Shown here: in pieces, positions 53,157-62,512 of the stretch
How the letters are laid out: each line of letters opens with the position of its first letter
How positions within the stretch are numbered: the first letter of the stretch is position 1
Source: Wickerhamiella versatilis
Lineage: Eukaryota
Assembly: GCA_030867685.1 (NCBI GenBank)
Contig: JAQOWU010000003.1
Coordinates: 806,001-870,000, forward strand
Reading direction: 5' to 3'
Length of the DNA stretch: 64,000 bases
Position numbers and translations under genes: made by a program
Notes under the pieces: model-generated
Told to the model about the DNA's origin: nothing
The model's database searches: none
Seen by the model: the letters and a program-made list of their open reading frames with translations, nothing else

Positions 53157-53528
53157 TCAAGTTTTAACAGTTTTTAGTATTTCCATTAGTTCAGGCGTCT
53201 TTGTGAGATCTTTTCCCAAGCCAATTAATAGTGCTTGTAAATAATCATTTATCCGTTCCAACTGAGCATCTGAATCTTCGACATGGATACTCCGCTGTTG
53301 CTGCAGACTTACTTTTTCTGCATACTCTGAGTCCAATGCGGCAAGCTCCTGCCGCAGCCTTACTACGTCGTTCATGAGATGAGCTTGCACCGAAAGCTCA
53401 TCTGCACTGAACTTTTTTGCTTCACCTGACGCTATTAGATGGGTAATTAATGGGCTAACACGATTGACTGTATCCTGCCAGAGCCTCAAGTATTCATCCT
53501 TTTGCTTGTCTGGTTCAGATCTCCGCAT
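53157..53528 (-). CDS. Hypothetical coiled-coil protein (123 aa)
   Basis: ATG-initiated ORF with helical, charged heptad pattern; family not recognised. Confidence 0.6.
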   Translation of the reverse strand: MRRSEPDKQKDEYLRLWQDTVNRVSPLITHLIASGEAKKFSADELSVQAHLMNDVVRLRQELAALDSEYAEKVSLQQQRSIHVEDSDAQLERINDYLQALLIGLGKDLTKTPELMEILKTVKT

Positions 53529-53804
53529 ATTGGCCCGCTTATGTTATCTGACAGAGCCAACTTGGAGCTGGCTAGAAGCTGGTTTGTGTTTGTTACTGAC
53601 GGGAGAAGACTAGCCCAATTGGCATATTGGGCTCGTATTCGACAATAAAAACTCCATTAAGGCCTTGGGTTGCAACTTCGTACCTATTTTCATAGTCAAA
53701 AAGATTACAATGCTATAGTGGGTTATGTTATGGTGTTAGGCAAATATCATTTTATAGTCATGAATAGTCGCAAATGCACTTACTTCCAGAGTTAAGTACA
53801 AATT

Positions 53805-54266
53805 TCAGCCTTCAAGAAGTCTCCGCTTGAGAAGCACTTGGGCTCTCAGAGCCTTTAAGTCACGCACTTTGGTGCCGATATCATCAGTTCCTGAAATAAT
53901 CGCCATTTCTATCCTGCGGCTTCTTGCCTCAGCATCATCAGCTGCCATACGGAGATACTCGGTTACTCCAGCTTCAGAAAGAGGATAAAGATTCTGATGC
54001 ATAACCTTCTCTGTACGTTTCCACTCGTTAAATGCTTCTGTTTCAGCTTTCTTCAAATCCTTGGCGGTAGAGCGCAGTTCCTCCAGTTGATTTTGCTTTT
54101 GGTTAATGGCAGTAGCGCGGTCAATATTTGAGCTAGCGAGATTCTGAAGTTCTGAGTACAGAGCTTTGCCACCTTCGCTTGATTCCCAAAGTCCTTCCAA
54201 AAGCTGCTTATCCTGTAATATGAGTTCCAAATCATTCTCTCTGAGGGCTGATAGCCCTTCACTCAT
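53805..54266 (-). CDS. SRN2: ESCRT-I subunit Vps37/Srn2-like (Mod(r) domain)
   Basis: L..L...DL..IL.D..LL N-terminus, N...A...., long coiled coil, AE..S..IE and basic R....L..R C-terminus. Confidence 0.65.
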   Translation of the reverse strand: MSEGLSALRENDLELILQDKQLLEGLWESSEGGKALYSELQNLASSNIDRATAINQKQNQLEELRSTAKDLKKAETEAFNEWKRTEKVMHQNLYPLSEAGVTEYLRMAADDAEARSRRIEMAIISGTDDIGTKVRDLKALRAQVLLKRRLLEG

Positions 54267-54382
54267 GGCAGTCCAGTAGCGAGCAGTTAGCTCCTTGGGC
54301 TAGGGTAACGCTTTCCAAACCCGGAGCCAGTGTGTTTACAAACAGTTCAACCCAAGCTCTAAGCACAAACAACAAAAGAAAT

Positions 54383-56491
54383 ATGGAAACTTTGTTCATA
54401 CCGCTTCATTATACGGTACCAAGAAAGCCTCCGAAATCCCAAATTGTATTTGATTATAATGAGAGTTTATCTGCGGATGAAGCACTGAATCATTTTGTAG
54501 CCGTCTGCGAAAGACTGAGTGTCGGACTTACGGTGAGTGGACCCAGCATTGTAGCGGTTGCATCGGGTACCTCGCTTGAACTTGAAAAAATTCGTAAAAC
54601 AGTATTGAAAAATTACCGAGAATGGACTTCCACAACTATTCCGCTCGAGGCTCCACTGGCACCACAGGCATTGGCCAAGCTCGAGGAAATTGCACATTAT
54701 TGCTCAGTAGAAATAATCGTTACCCAGAAGCCAGATATTTCTATTTTTGGTGAAGTTGATTTAGTCGCTCATGCGCGGCACAGAGTTTTGCTCATACTTA
54801 ATTGGACATACGGATATACTTTATGTGCTTTCAATGCACCACAATCAGTTCAGCCAGCAATATGTGGACCAGGACGTCAACATCTTCGTACTCTATTCCA
54901 GCAAACACGATGTAATGTTTATACTTCCCCTATTACCCGGGAAGCCTCGGAATTGTGTACTGATGAAGTTTGGATAGCTGGGGAGCCAGCGCAAATGCCA
55001 GTAGCTCAGAAAATATTGGAGGGTATTTTCACTCGAACGGAGTCGTATGTTCAAGAATGTCGTATCACTGAGCCAGCTTTGGACGGATTGAATTATAGTG
55101 ATGTCGAAAAAATGATGGTACGCCATGCTACTTTCATTCAGCTACCTCCACGTGGCTCTGGATCTACCCTTGTTCGAGTTCAAGGAGCTAATAGATCAAG
55201 TATTCAACGCAGTGTTGAGGAGTTGATGCACCTTGCAGGAGCCTATTACAGTGCAATTGTCGAATGTGAGGCGCAGGATGACGTTTTAATCGCTGTTGCA
55301 GCTACTGGGGTAACTATTCTTGGAAACGATAGCCAAGTAATTCTCTATGGTGAATCTCGAGTTGTTAAACGAGGTATTGATCTTCTTGCTTCAATGATTC
55401 AATGCGGCCGGGTGAGATATATACTAGAGCAAGCCAACACACAGAAGGAATTCATACTAGGAAAGAAGCAGGGCAAAGTTTTGAAAATTATGAATACAAG
55501 CTCATCCACGATTGCTTTGGAACCTCTTCATGAACATAACTTTCGTATCTCCATTGAATCTTCTTCTCCCTTAGCCTCTAAAACCTCCATTCGTATGCTC
55601 GAAGGTGAGCTTCCAGCTGAAAAACTCCTTTACGTACCTGAGTCTTTCCACAAACAGGTAATTGGAGCAGGAGGGCAGACTATTCAAAGCCTTATGCGCA
55701 AACACAACGTTTTTATTCGTTTTGGAACTTCAGGCGACAAATATCCAAATGCTTTCGGTAATCTCATTGTGGACAACGTCACCATACGCTGTCCCGCGAA
55801 AAACTCAAGTTCTATAGATGCCGCCGCGGAAGAACTGCAAGGGCTGGTGGATCATATCTCAACTAATCAACAACCAGATAAATGCTGGTTCCGTCTGACT
55901 CGAAATCATCGTCGTCTACTCCTTTCTGAGTGTCCTAATTTATTTCGTGACATTGAGTTTTCTACTGGGGCTAGCATCAAGCTCCCGAATGAGGAATCTC
56001 TTGATACCCAAATTATTGAAATATCAGGACTTAAAGAAAGCCCAATACAAGCGGCACATCGCTTGAAGGAAGCACTGCCTCGTGACTATCAGTTTTTGGT
56101 ACCGTGGTCGCCCCGATTTTCTTCTCTGGTCGGGCCGGATAGTGACTTTGCGCTTTCTGTAGCAGTACCACTCTTCCTGGGTCATGGAGCCCATGTTCAA
56201 GCTTTTGAGAAGGTTCAGTTACAAGAAGACCCTTCAGAGTATTCTCAAATTGTAGTCTCTTTTTCTGGTCTACTAGACATTGCGCGGATTGAAAGGATAA
56301 TAACAGTATATTTACGTCGACATGGTCTTGATCTTGTGGACAAAGGAGAATTGAAATCGAATCCAATTATTTTTAACAAGCCGGCACAAGCTACCGCTCC
56401 ACTAAGCACCAACAGGTCGAACCTTGAAACACCTGTGCCAAAACGTAGATTGGGAGACCGTAGTCGAAACCAATTACATTACGCTATATAA
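54383..56491 (+). CDS. Multi-KH-domain RNA-binding protein (Mug60/YLL032C-like)
   Basis: EFILGKKQGKVLKIM, ELPAE...YVPE.FHK.VIG.GG.TIQ..MRK.NVFI.F, DNV.IRCPAKN. Confidence 0.85.
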   Translation: METLFIPLHYTVPRKPPKSQIVFDYNESLSADEALNHFVAVCERLSVGLTVSGPSIVAVASGTSLELEKIRKTVLKNYREWTSTTIPLEAPLAPQALAKLEEIAHYCSVEIIVTQKPDISIFGEVDLVAHARHRVLLILNWTYGYTLCAFNAPQSVQPAICGPGRQHLRTLFQQTRCNVYTSPITREASELCTDEVWIAGEPAQMPVAQKILEGIFTRTESYVQECRITEPALDGLNYSDVEKMMVRHATFIQLPPRGSGSTLVRVQGANRSSIQRSVEELMHLAGAYYSAIVECEAQDDVLIAVAATGVTILGNDSQVILYGESRVVKRGIDLLASMIQCGRVRYILEQANTQKEFILGKKQGKVLKIMNTSSSTIALEPLHEHNFRISIESSSPLASKTSIRMLEGELPAEKLLYVPESFHKQVIGAGGQTIQSLMRKHNVFIRFGTSGDKYPNAFGNLIVDNVTIRCPAKNSSSIDAAAEELQGLVDHISTNQQPDKCWFRLTRNHRRLLLSECPNLFRDIEFSTGASIKLPNEESLDTQIIEISGLKESPIQAAHRLKEALPRDYQFLVPWSPRFSSLVGPDSDFALSVAVPLFLGHGAHVQAFEKVQLQEDPSEYSQIVVSFSGLLDIARIERIITVYLRRHGLDLVDKGELKSNPIIFNKPAQATAPLSTNRSNLETPVPKRRLGDRSRNQLHYAI

Positions 56492-56828
56492 ATTACCTTT
56501 TTAATGTCAAATATATTTTTTCTGTTGATATCTATGTTTTGTAGTGCTACCTGTTGAATACTACTCCGTACGACTAGAAAAGCTCGTGCGAATTTACATT
56601 TGCACTAAATTAAATGTCATAATGAGTGTAATATGTTAAGGCTGTAAACTCAAGTTGAGGGAACAAAGATGGCAATCGACAAATTCCTTTCTGAAAATCA
56701 ACAAATTTAAATATTCCTACGTCCTTCCAGTCCAAACCGGCATATTTACTGCCACTATCTACTGATTAACATTGCAGCAGCTTGATCAAGAACAGATTTG
56801 TAATACTTTATTCATCGTAGTGTCTTCC

Positions 56829-57350
56829 ATGCCCGAAACCGCCCCTCTCAATGCGGATGAGACGGCAGTAGGTTTTGAACTCGATACAATCACAATACGT
56901 GACATAGCCAGTGCACGGTATGCTAGACACCATGAGTGGCTTGACCATGTTTTGGGTTCAGCCCTGCCCACGTCGCGAATTATACCACCAAGCGTGAAGC
57001 CCCCTATAACGGAGGAGGAGCTCGAGAAGGAGCTAAGCAAAACAGAACTTGAGCTGAAGCAATTAGAAGAAGAAAAAGCGTCAGGATGGCATGTCCCGGG
57101 CACTGATGCGAAGAACACATATCTAATCGAGCAGATTCGCCGTTTACGGCAGAATTTTGGTGAAGAATCATCTCTAGACATTCTTAAAAATGCAGAGCAA
57201 GTTCTTGGAGCTCAAATTGTGACGGCAGTGCCCATGCGGCGTGTCGATGTGACTTATGATCGGCGCGCTGCAGAGGAACAGCTAGCGTCGCAGCAGCAAA
57301 ACGGGGCATTGGATTTGGATATCGATGATGTTGATCCAATGGACTTCTAG
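56829..57350 (+). CDS. Ssr4-like SWI/SNF-RSC subunit, C-terminal domain only (173 aa)
   Basis: G.ELD.IT.RDIA.ARY.RHHEWLD.V motif recalled from fungal Ssr4 C-terminal regions; start uncertain. Confidence 0.6.
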   Translation: MPETAPLNADETAVGFELDTITIRDIASARYARHHEWLDHVLGSALPTSRIIPPSVKPPITEEELEKELSKTELELKQLEEEKASGWHVPGTDAKNTYLIEQIRRLRQNFGEESSLDILKNAEQVLGAQIVTAVPMRRVDVTYDRRAAEEQLASQQQNGALDLDIDDVDPMDF

Positions 57351-57490
57351 TGTTAAATAGGGTTCTCATAATATTGCATCTTCTGGGCTAGTTTGGTGAA
57401 CTCTGACTCGATAATCATAACGAAGTATGTTGAAATATGTTTTTCGCACATTCATCTGCCTCAGAGAATTATAATTTTCACTTATGTACA

Positions 57491-60145
57491 CTAGCCAAAT
57501 ATTTTTGTAATTTTGTGTAGGGTGTGGCCACCAACTAGGATTGCAACCACTGCCACAATATCACAGATAACTAGACAGATTCCTGCCAACATGTAGCGTG
57601 GTGCAAATATCTTCCATGTCATAAGGTGCCGTCTCAATAAAGTGGCTGCGGTCATTGATCCTTGTGTTCTAAGTGCCGCAACTAATGCTGTGCCTGCAGC
57701 AGCGCGGCTGATATATGCCAGAAGTTGTCTAGGCTCTTTGAAAGGAGGCCTACGCCATGTAGCCGCTAAAACCGAAAAAAATGCCGCGTAAATATAGGGC
57801 CCTAAGGTGTTGAGAATAACAGCCAGAGGTGACCAGAAATATGATACCGTTGTTGAAGCTACAAATGCTGTATCCCATTGAATGGATGGGATTGTAGATT
57901 GATGTCCTGTAGAGTAGTAGAAAAAATGTCCTAAGAAGTCGAATAGCACTGGCACTACCAATGTGTACTTGAGATCAGCAAGGTCTATCAAATCCAAAAG
58001 ACAAAAGCCAGCATAAGCTTGTGCAGCAAGTGCAATCGTACCAGGAGGCTTGTTCACAGCAGCAAGGGCCCAAAACACAATTATTACTGGGAGGTATGCA
58101 TAACTGCCGTATACATTGGCATATCCTTCGATTTTAGGTTGATTTTTAGCCCTGAAGTTCAGTTCAATGCAGGGATTACTCCCATACCAAATCGAAATGC
58201 CAAGTCCTAGTCCACATGCAATAGCAATTCGCGAAACCAAAACTTTTATCGTCTCGAGATATAGTAAATCTGGAAGGAGTCCTCTGGCCTCTGCACCATC
58301 TAGGGTCCAGTATGTGAGGCTAAACATAAGTATTGGTGCGGAGAATCGCAGAATTAGCTGGGCAACACCACATTCATTACCCCCAATCAACCAAAACCGT
58401 TTCATAAAGTAAGAGAACGATAGTGCCATGAATGACAGGGCCCAATTAGTCCAAGCAGGGGGGAGTGATGAACCGGGCTCAAAAAAGGTGGTATAGCATC
58501 CTCGGACAGCCGTCTCTTCCCTACATACTCCCCACATCAAAGCTACGCGCAATAAAATAAGAAGCGTCAATGAATAGCGCCTACCCAAGTACTGAACCAC
58601 ACCAACCTTCGAACGAGATGTACTTAAACCAATGATGACTATCAATGTCGCCAGTAAAAAATGAATCACTCGAGGCTCCCAAATCACATAGGAATTGGAA
58701 AATCCGCTCAATATAACCAAACTCAATAGAGTTAATGCATACAAGCTGTGCTTTTCGGGCCTCATCTTCAAGGACATGAAAGGCATGGAGCTAAGCAGCA
58801 TAGCAGAATTTGAACCTGCGGCCATTCCTATGCCTAACGATAAAAATGTTGTGACCAGCGATTGCATTGGCGTACTTAGTACAAGCACTGCGGCTAGCAC
58901 CAGGCCGGCAGCACCACCGATAGAAGTGTTGCGGCAAATAATCCAGAGATTCAAAGCATGTATACTATTGTACAAAGCAAAGCAAGCAAGTATAGATGCA
59001 GCCAACAATATAAGTCCGCCATTTATTCGCACCATATTGAATTCCACCCACGTGGAGTGAAAGACTTCCAGGGTCTTACGATGATAGAGCTCCGGATCCT
59101 CGCCAGCCCACCCAGCATAGCCCAGTTTGACTGCATAATCAGAGATTTGTTGTGCGGTCTCACGGCTCACCTGGTTAAAATTCCGCTTGAAAGCTTCACG
59201 TATAGGAAAACCAAGGTTGTTGAACGGAATTGGCATTCCTAACAAGGCACTTATGGTCGGGACGAAATCTATTTGAGCGACACTCCCCGCATCAGCAGCT
59301 GCGATATTTGGAGACCACATCCAGAGCGCCGCATTGAGCTCATCGGGACTATCCCCACCATGATTGCCCGTGGAGTCCATCCCATGATCACCCATCACAA
59401 CGAACAAAGTGTCTTTTTGTAACATACCCTGAATTTCTTTTATAAAATCACCCGTCTCTTTCAGTTTGGAGGCCATTGATGGGTGATTAGGCCCAAAGCG
59501 ATGACCCACGTGATCAACACCGAGCATATGCCCGATGACAATAGAGTTACTCTCGTTAGCAAGAAGTCGTGGAAGATTAGACTGAACTCCACGATCCACG
59601 GTATTTAGATCACGTACATTCAAAGAAGGAAATGGGATACTTTCCGAAAAATATGGCGCAAAAAGTGACTCCCATGTATCGTCGCCAACAAATGCCACCG
59701 GCTTCCCCAGTCTACTAGCCTGGGAAACCCAGTTGTCTTCGAGTATTTGAACACCGGCGAAGTTGGAGCCGGCATCGATGAATGCAGGGAGTGATCCGGT
59801 TGTCAAGCCTTTGAGACGTTGAAGGGTTGTTGTCGGGGGGTCCGCCACAAATTCTGCCCTGATACCACCTTCTAGACCAAGCTTGTTGGTATAATAAAAA
59901 TCTTCCTGCTGCGGTGCCAAAAAGTCGTAGCGAAGTGCATCAACGACAAGAATTACGGCCCGGTTATACTCTGGAGTCACTGCAGTGTGTGTTGAAAAAT
60001 CTTCCAGCACGGGCCGCGTGAGCAAAAACCCGCTGCAAAACAAGGCCACTGCAATGAAATGAATGAATAACACCCATAATGCGATAATTAGGGGTGCTGG
60101 ACGTGCTGCTAGCAGCTGCCTGATCACAACCGGTTTCGCAGGCAT
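57491..60145 (-). CDS. GPI13: GPI ethanolamine phosphate transferase 3 (PIG-O)
   Basis: GFLLTR, VDALRYDF, ADPPTTTLQRLKGLTTGSLP.FIDAGSNF, HMLGVDHVGH, GDHGM, TGHQ, RRHLM.WKIFAPR. Confidence 0.95.
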   Translation of the reverse strand: MPAKPVVIRQLLAARPAPLIIALWVLFIHFIAVALFCSGFLLTRPVLEDFSTHTAVTPEYNRAVILVVDALRYDFLAPQQEDFYYTNKLGLEGGIRAEFVADPPTTTLQRLKGLTTGSLPAFIDAGSNFAGVQILEDNWVSQASRLGKPVAFVGDDTWESLFAPYFSESIPFPSLNVRDLNTVDRGVQSNLPRLLANESNSIVIGHMLGVDHVGHRFGPNHPSMASKLKETGDFIKEIQGMLQKDTLFVVMGDHGMDSTGNHGGDSPDELNAALWMWSPNIAAADAGSVAQIDFVPTISALLGMPIPFNNLGFPIREAFKRNFNQVSRETAQQISDYAVKLGYAGWAGEDPELYHRKTLEVFHSTWVEFNMVRINGGLILLAASILACFALYNSIHALNLWIICRNTSIGGAAGLVLAAVLVLSTPMQSLVTTFLSLGIGMAAGSNSAMLLSSMPFMSLKMRPEKHSLYALTLLSLVILSGFSNSYVIWEPRVIHFLLATLIVIIGLSTSRSKVGVVQYLGRRYSLTLLILLRVALMWGVCREETAVRGCYTTFFEPGSSLPPAWTNWALSFMALSFSYFMKRFWLIGGNECGVAQLILRFSAPILMFSLTYWTLDGAEARGLLPDLLYLETIKVLVSRIAIACGLGLGISIWYGSNPCIELNFRAKNQPKIEGYANVYGSYAYLPVIIVFWALAAVNKPPGTIALAAQAYAGFCLLDLIDLADLKYTLVVPVLFDFLGHFFYYSTGHQSTIPSIQWDTAFVASTTVSYFWSPLAVILNTLGPYIYAAFFSVLAATWRRPPFKEPRQLLAYISRAAAGTALVAALRTQGSMTAATLLRRHLMTWKIFAPRYMLAGICLVICDIVAVVAILVGGHTLHKITKIFG

Positions 60146-60365
60146 GACTAACTAACAACGCGTCTCGCTAACTTCTGTTGCTCGAAGTTTTCGGTGAATA
60201 AGAGATAATAAATTCATACGATAATCACCAGCAGAAAGGGTCATCTAGATTAAGTCCTAAAGTTTCTATCCGAAAAATTCTGGTGACAAGTGTGGTGCTA
60301 AGACAATTAGAAGGGTTACGAATTAAGACCAAAAAAAAATATACATTATTCATTTCCGAAGTAAA

Positions 60366-61037
60366 TCAAATTGAAGACTTCGTACGATGGCGCTTGTATC
60401 CTGATTGTTTCTTCTGCCGCCATTTGTTTCCTTTTTCCAAAAATTCAACACGGAATATCTCCCAATTTTCAATATACTGAGAGGAGAAAGCTCGCGAGAA
60501 CAAGACAATTTTAACAATTCCTGAAGGATGTGAACTGTAGCAAGGGTCCCATATGACCCGAAGAAGTCGTTCTTTTAAAGATGGCCGGCATTTCACAAGG
60601 CGAATATTGAACTGCCTCAGACCTCGATTTGTGTCTGCAATAAACCTTGGGGCAGCTATAAAAGCACGATGATACATTCCAGTAAGGAAAAAAAGACCCA
60701 AACATATATAGGTCGCAAACATAAGAAGAAGTTCCATCCAACGAATCCATAAGTATATTGAAGGTCGATGGAGATTAAGCGAGCTGAGATACAGCGCTGC
60801 CAGCACTGTACTCCAAAAAAATACAAGGGATTTCCTGCGGCCTCTCATAATCTTGCAATACTGCACCCGTAGGTTGTCTTCAATGGCCGTGAGATTTGCA
60901 AAAACAGCCTCCGGCGATGTGGGCTCAAGATCTCCAACTTTTCGTGATCTACTTGAGTGCCTTCTTCGCGTCTTGCGCTGGGAGTCTAATCCCGGCGACT
61001 TCTCATGCTGCCCTGGCTCCTTCTCCTCAGGTAGCAT
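60366..61037 (-). CDS. SPO7: Nem1-Spo7 phosphatase regulatory subunit
   Basis: F.NL..IEDNLR.QY, two TM segments, LFFLTG.Y.R....PRF...TNRGLRQFN..LV, WE.FR. Confidence 0.88.
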   Translation of the reverse strand: MLPEEKEPGQHEKSPGLDSQRKTRRRHSSRSRKVGDLEPTSPEAVFANLTAIEDNLRVQYCKIMRGRRKSLVFFWSTVLAALYLSSLNLHRPSIYLWIRWMELLLMFATYICLGLFFLTGMYHRAFIAAPRFIADTNRGLRQFNIRLVKCRPSLKERLLRVIWDPCYSSHPSGIVKIVLFSRAFSSQYIENWEIFRVEFLEKGNKWRQKKQSGYKRHRTKSSI

Positions 61038-61486
61038 TCATCGCTGACGTCATCCAGGCCATTGCCGGCAGACTAAGTAGTACGAGGGATTTTCTGGAAT
61101 TGGAGAAGACCTATAAGAAATAGGGAGCAAAAAGCTCCAGTTTATCTGGAAAGGACTAGGATCTTTTTTATAGTCCTCAATTATTTGTTCATATACTTTT
61201 AGATGATCAACTGGATTTTTTCCAGTAAGGCTATATACCAATGACAACGATAATGACAATAATAATATTAAGTAGGTCAAAATGGTGATCGACCTTACGA
61301 GAATACATTCTGTGGTTACCTATTGGATTCACCTACGGAAATGATAGACCAAATACTCTAAAGTACCATCATCTTTAAAGGATGCCCTTTGGTGCTGCCG
61401 CCTGCGTATTAATAAAGAGGTTCCAATTTTAAATTTTGGAGGGTACTTAACACATACCTCCGGCCTGTGCGACGCTATAATCAACG

Positions 61487-62112
61487 ATGACGTAAGTAGA
61501 AGGACGGACGCCCCTGATGGAATTCGACTAACCGAACAGTTCCCCGAAGAGACGCATGGAGATGGACGTAATGAAACTGTAAGTATTTCAATTGAAATCT
61601 ATGAAAGCGCTAACCATAGTTTGATGAGTGACTTCGAGGTCAGTCTGGTTAATGACAACATGCAAGAGTTTGACGTCGTCTTCCATGGACCCCAGGATAC
61701 ACTTTACGAGAATGGCGTCTGGGACGTTCATGTAGAACTGCCTGACTCTTATCCCTACCGTAGCCCGTCTATAGGCTTCGGAAATCGCATTTTCCATCCA
61801 AATATAGATGAGCTCAGTGGGTCTGTGTGCTTGGATGTCATTAACCAAACATGGAGCCCTATGTATGGGCTTATAAACATTTTCGACCAATTTCTGCCTC
61901 AGCTTCTTAGGTATCCCAACCCCAGTGACCCATTAAATACCGAGGCAGCTACGTTATGGGGGAGAGATCGCCAGCTTTACGAGCAGCGTGTGCGGGAGTG
62001 TGTTGAGAAATATGCCCGGGGATCTAACATCCAAGATAATACCTCTGGTAATGAGTCGGAAATGTCCTCCCTTGAGGATATGAGTGACGATAATCTGGGC
62101 ATGTCCGACTAA
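61487..62112 (+). CDS. UBC8: Ubiquitin-conjugating enzyme Ubc8 (exons 61487-61491, 61540-61578, 61620-62112; 178 aa)
   Basis: Spliced start [44 protein letters not shown]; acidic tail. Confidence 0.94.
61492..61539 (+). other. UBC8 intron 1 (48 nt)
   Basis: GTAAGT...GACTAAC...CAG. Confidence 0.88.
61579..61619 (+). other. UBC8 intron 2 (41 nt)
   Basis: GTAAGT...GCTAAC-CATAG; removal gives the conserved DVMKLLMSD. Confidence 0.9.
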
Positions 62113-62152
62113 ATGGATGTCCCACATGTAACCCTTACCCTTGTATATTGAA

Positions 62153-62428
62153 ATGATCGTAACGACAAATGATTGCACATGGTACACGCCATGGTGCCCA
62201 ACGAAGCCACAGAAAGCATATCTACGTCTTTCCAATGAGGCTGAACCTGTTGACTACGCGGAGCCTCGCATGGCACCTTTTCCTCCCCTTCCGGAGCCTG
62301 TACTGCCTCAGACTCGCGCACACGTTGATCGCCGCAGACAATACCTCACAACATCTTATAGTCCAAGCTCCAGGACTCACAGATTTGTGCAAGTGGCTGC
62401 AGAAAGTCCTGAGGGTGGTTGTTGTTAG
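62153..62428 (+). CDS. Possible small protein (91 aa) ending in GGCC
   Basis: ATG in aaATG context, coding-like composition, AT-rich terminator-like tract only after its stop; no family recognised. Confidence 0.4.
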   Translation: MIVTTNDCTWYTPWCPTKPQKAYLRLSNEAEPVDYAEPRMAPFPPLPEPVLPQTRAHVDRRRQYLTTSYSPSSRTHRFVQVAAESPEGGCC

Positions 62429-62512
62429 GCTATAAATACTTCGAGAGGAATTATATATATACGTATAAAATAAATATAGATGTTGATGCTTCAATGGGTT
62501 GGATGAATCAGT

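Noticed and set aside
61050-61280. 76-aa minus-strand ORF with hydrophobic N-terminus upstream of SPO7
   Set aside because: TTG start with no in-frame ATG, AT-rich; probably promoter sequence, though not fully excluded.
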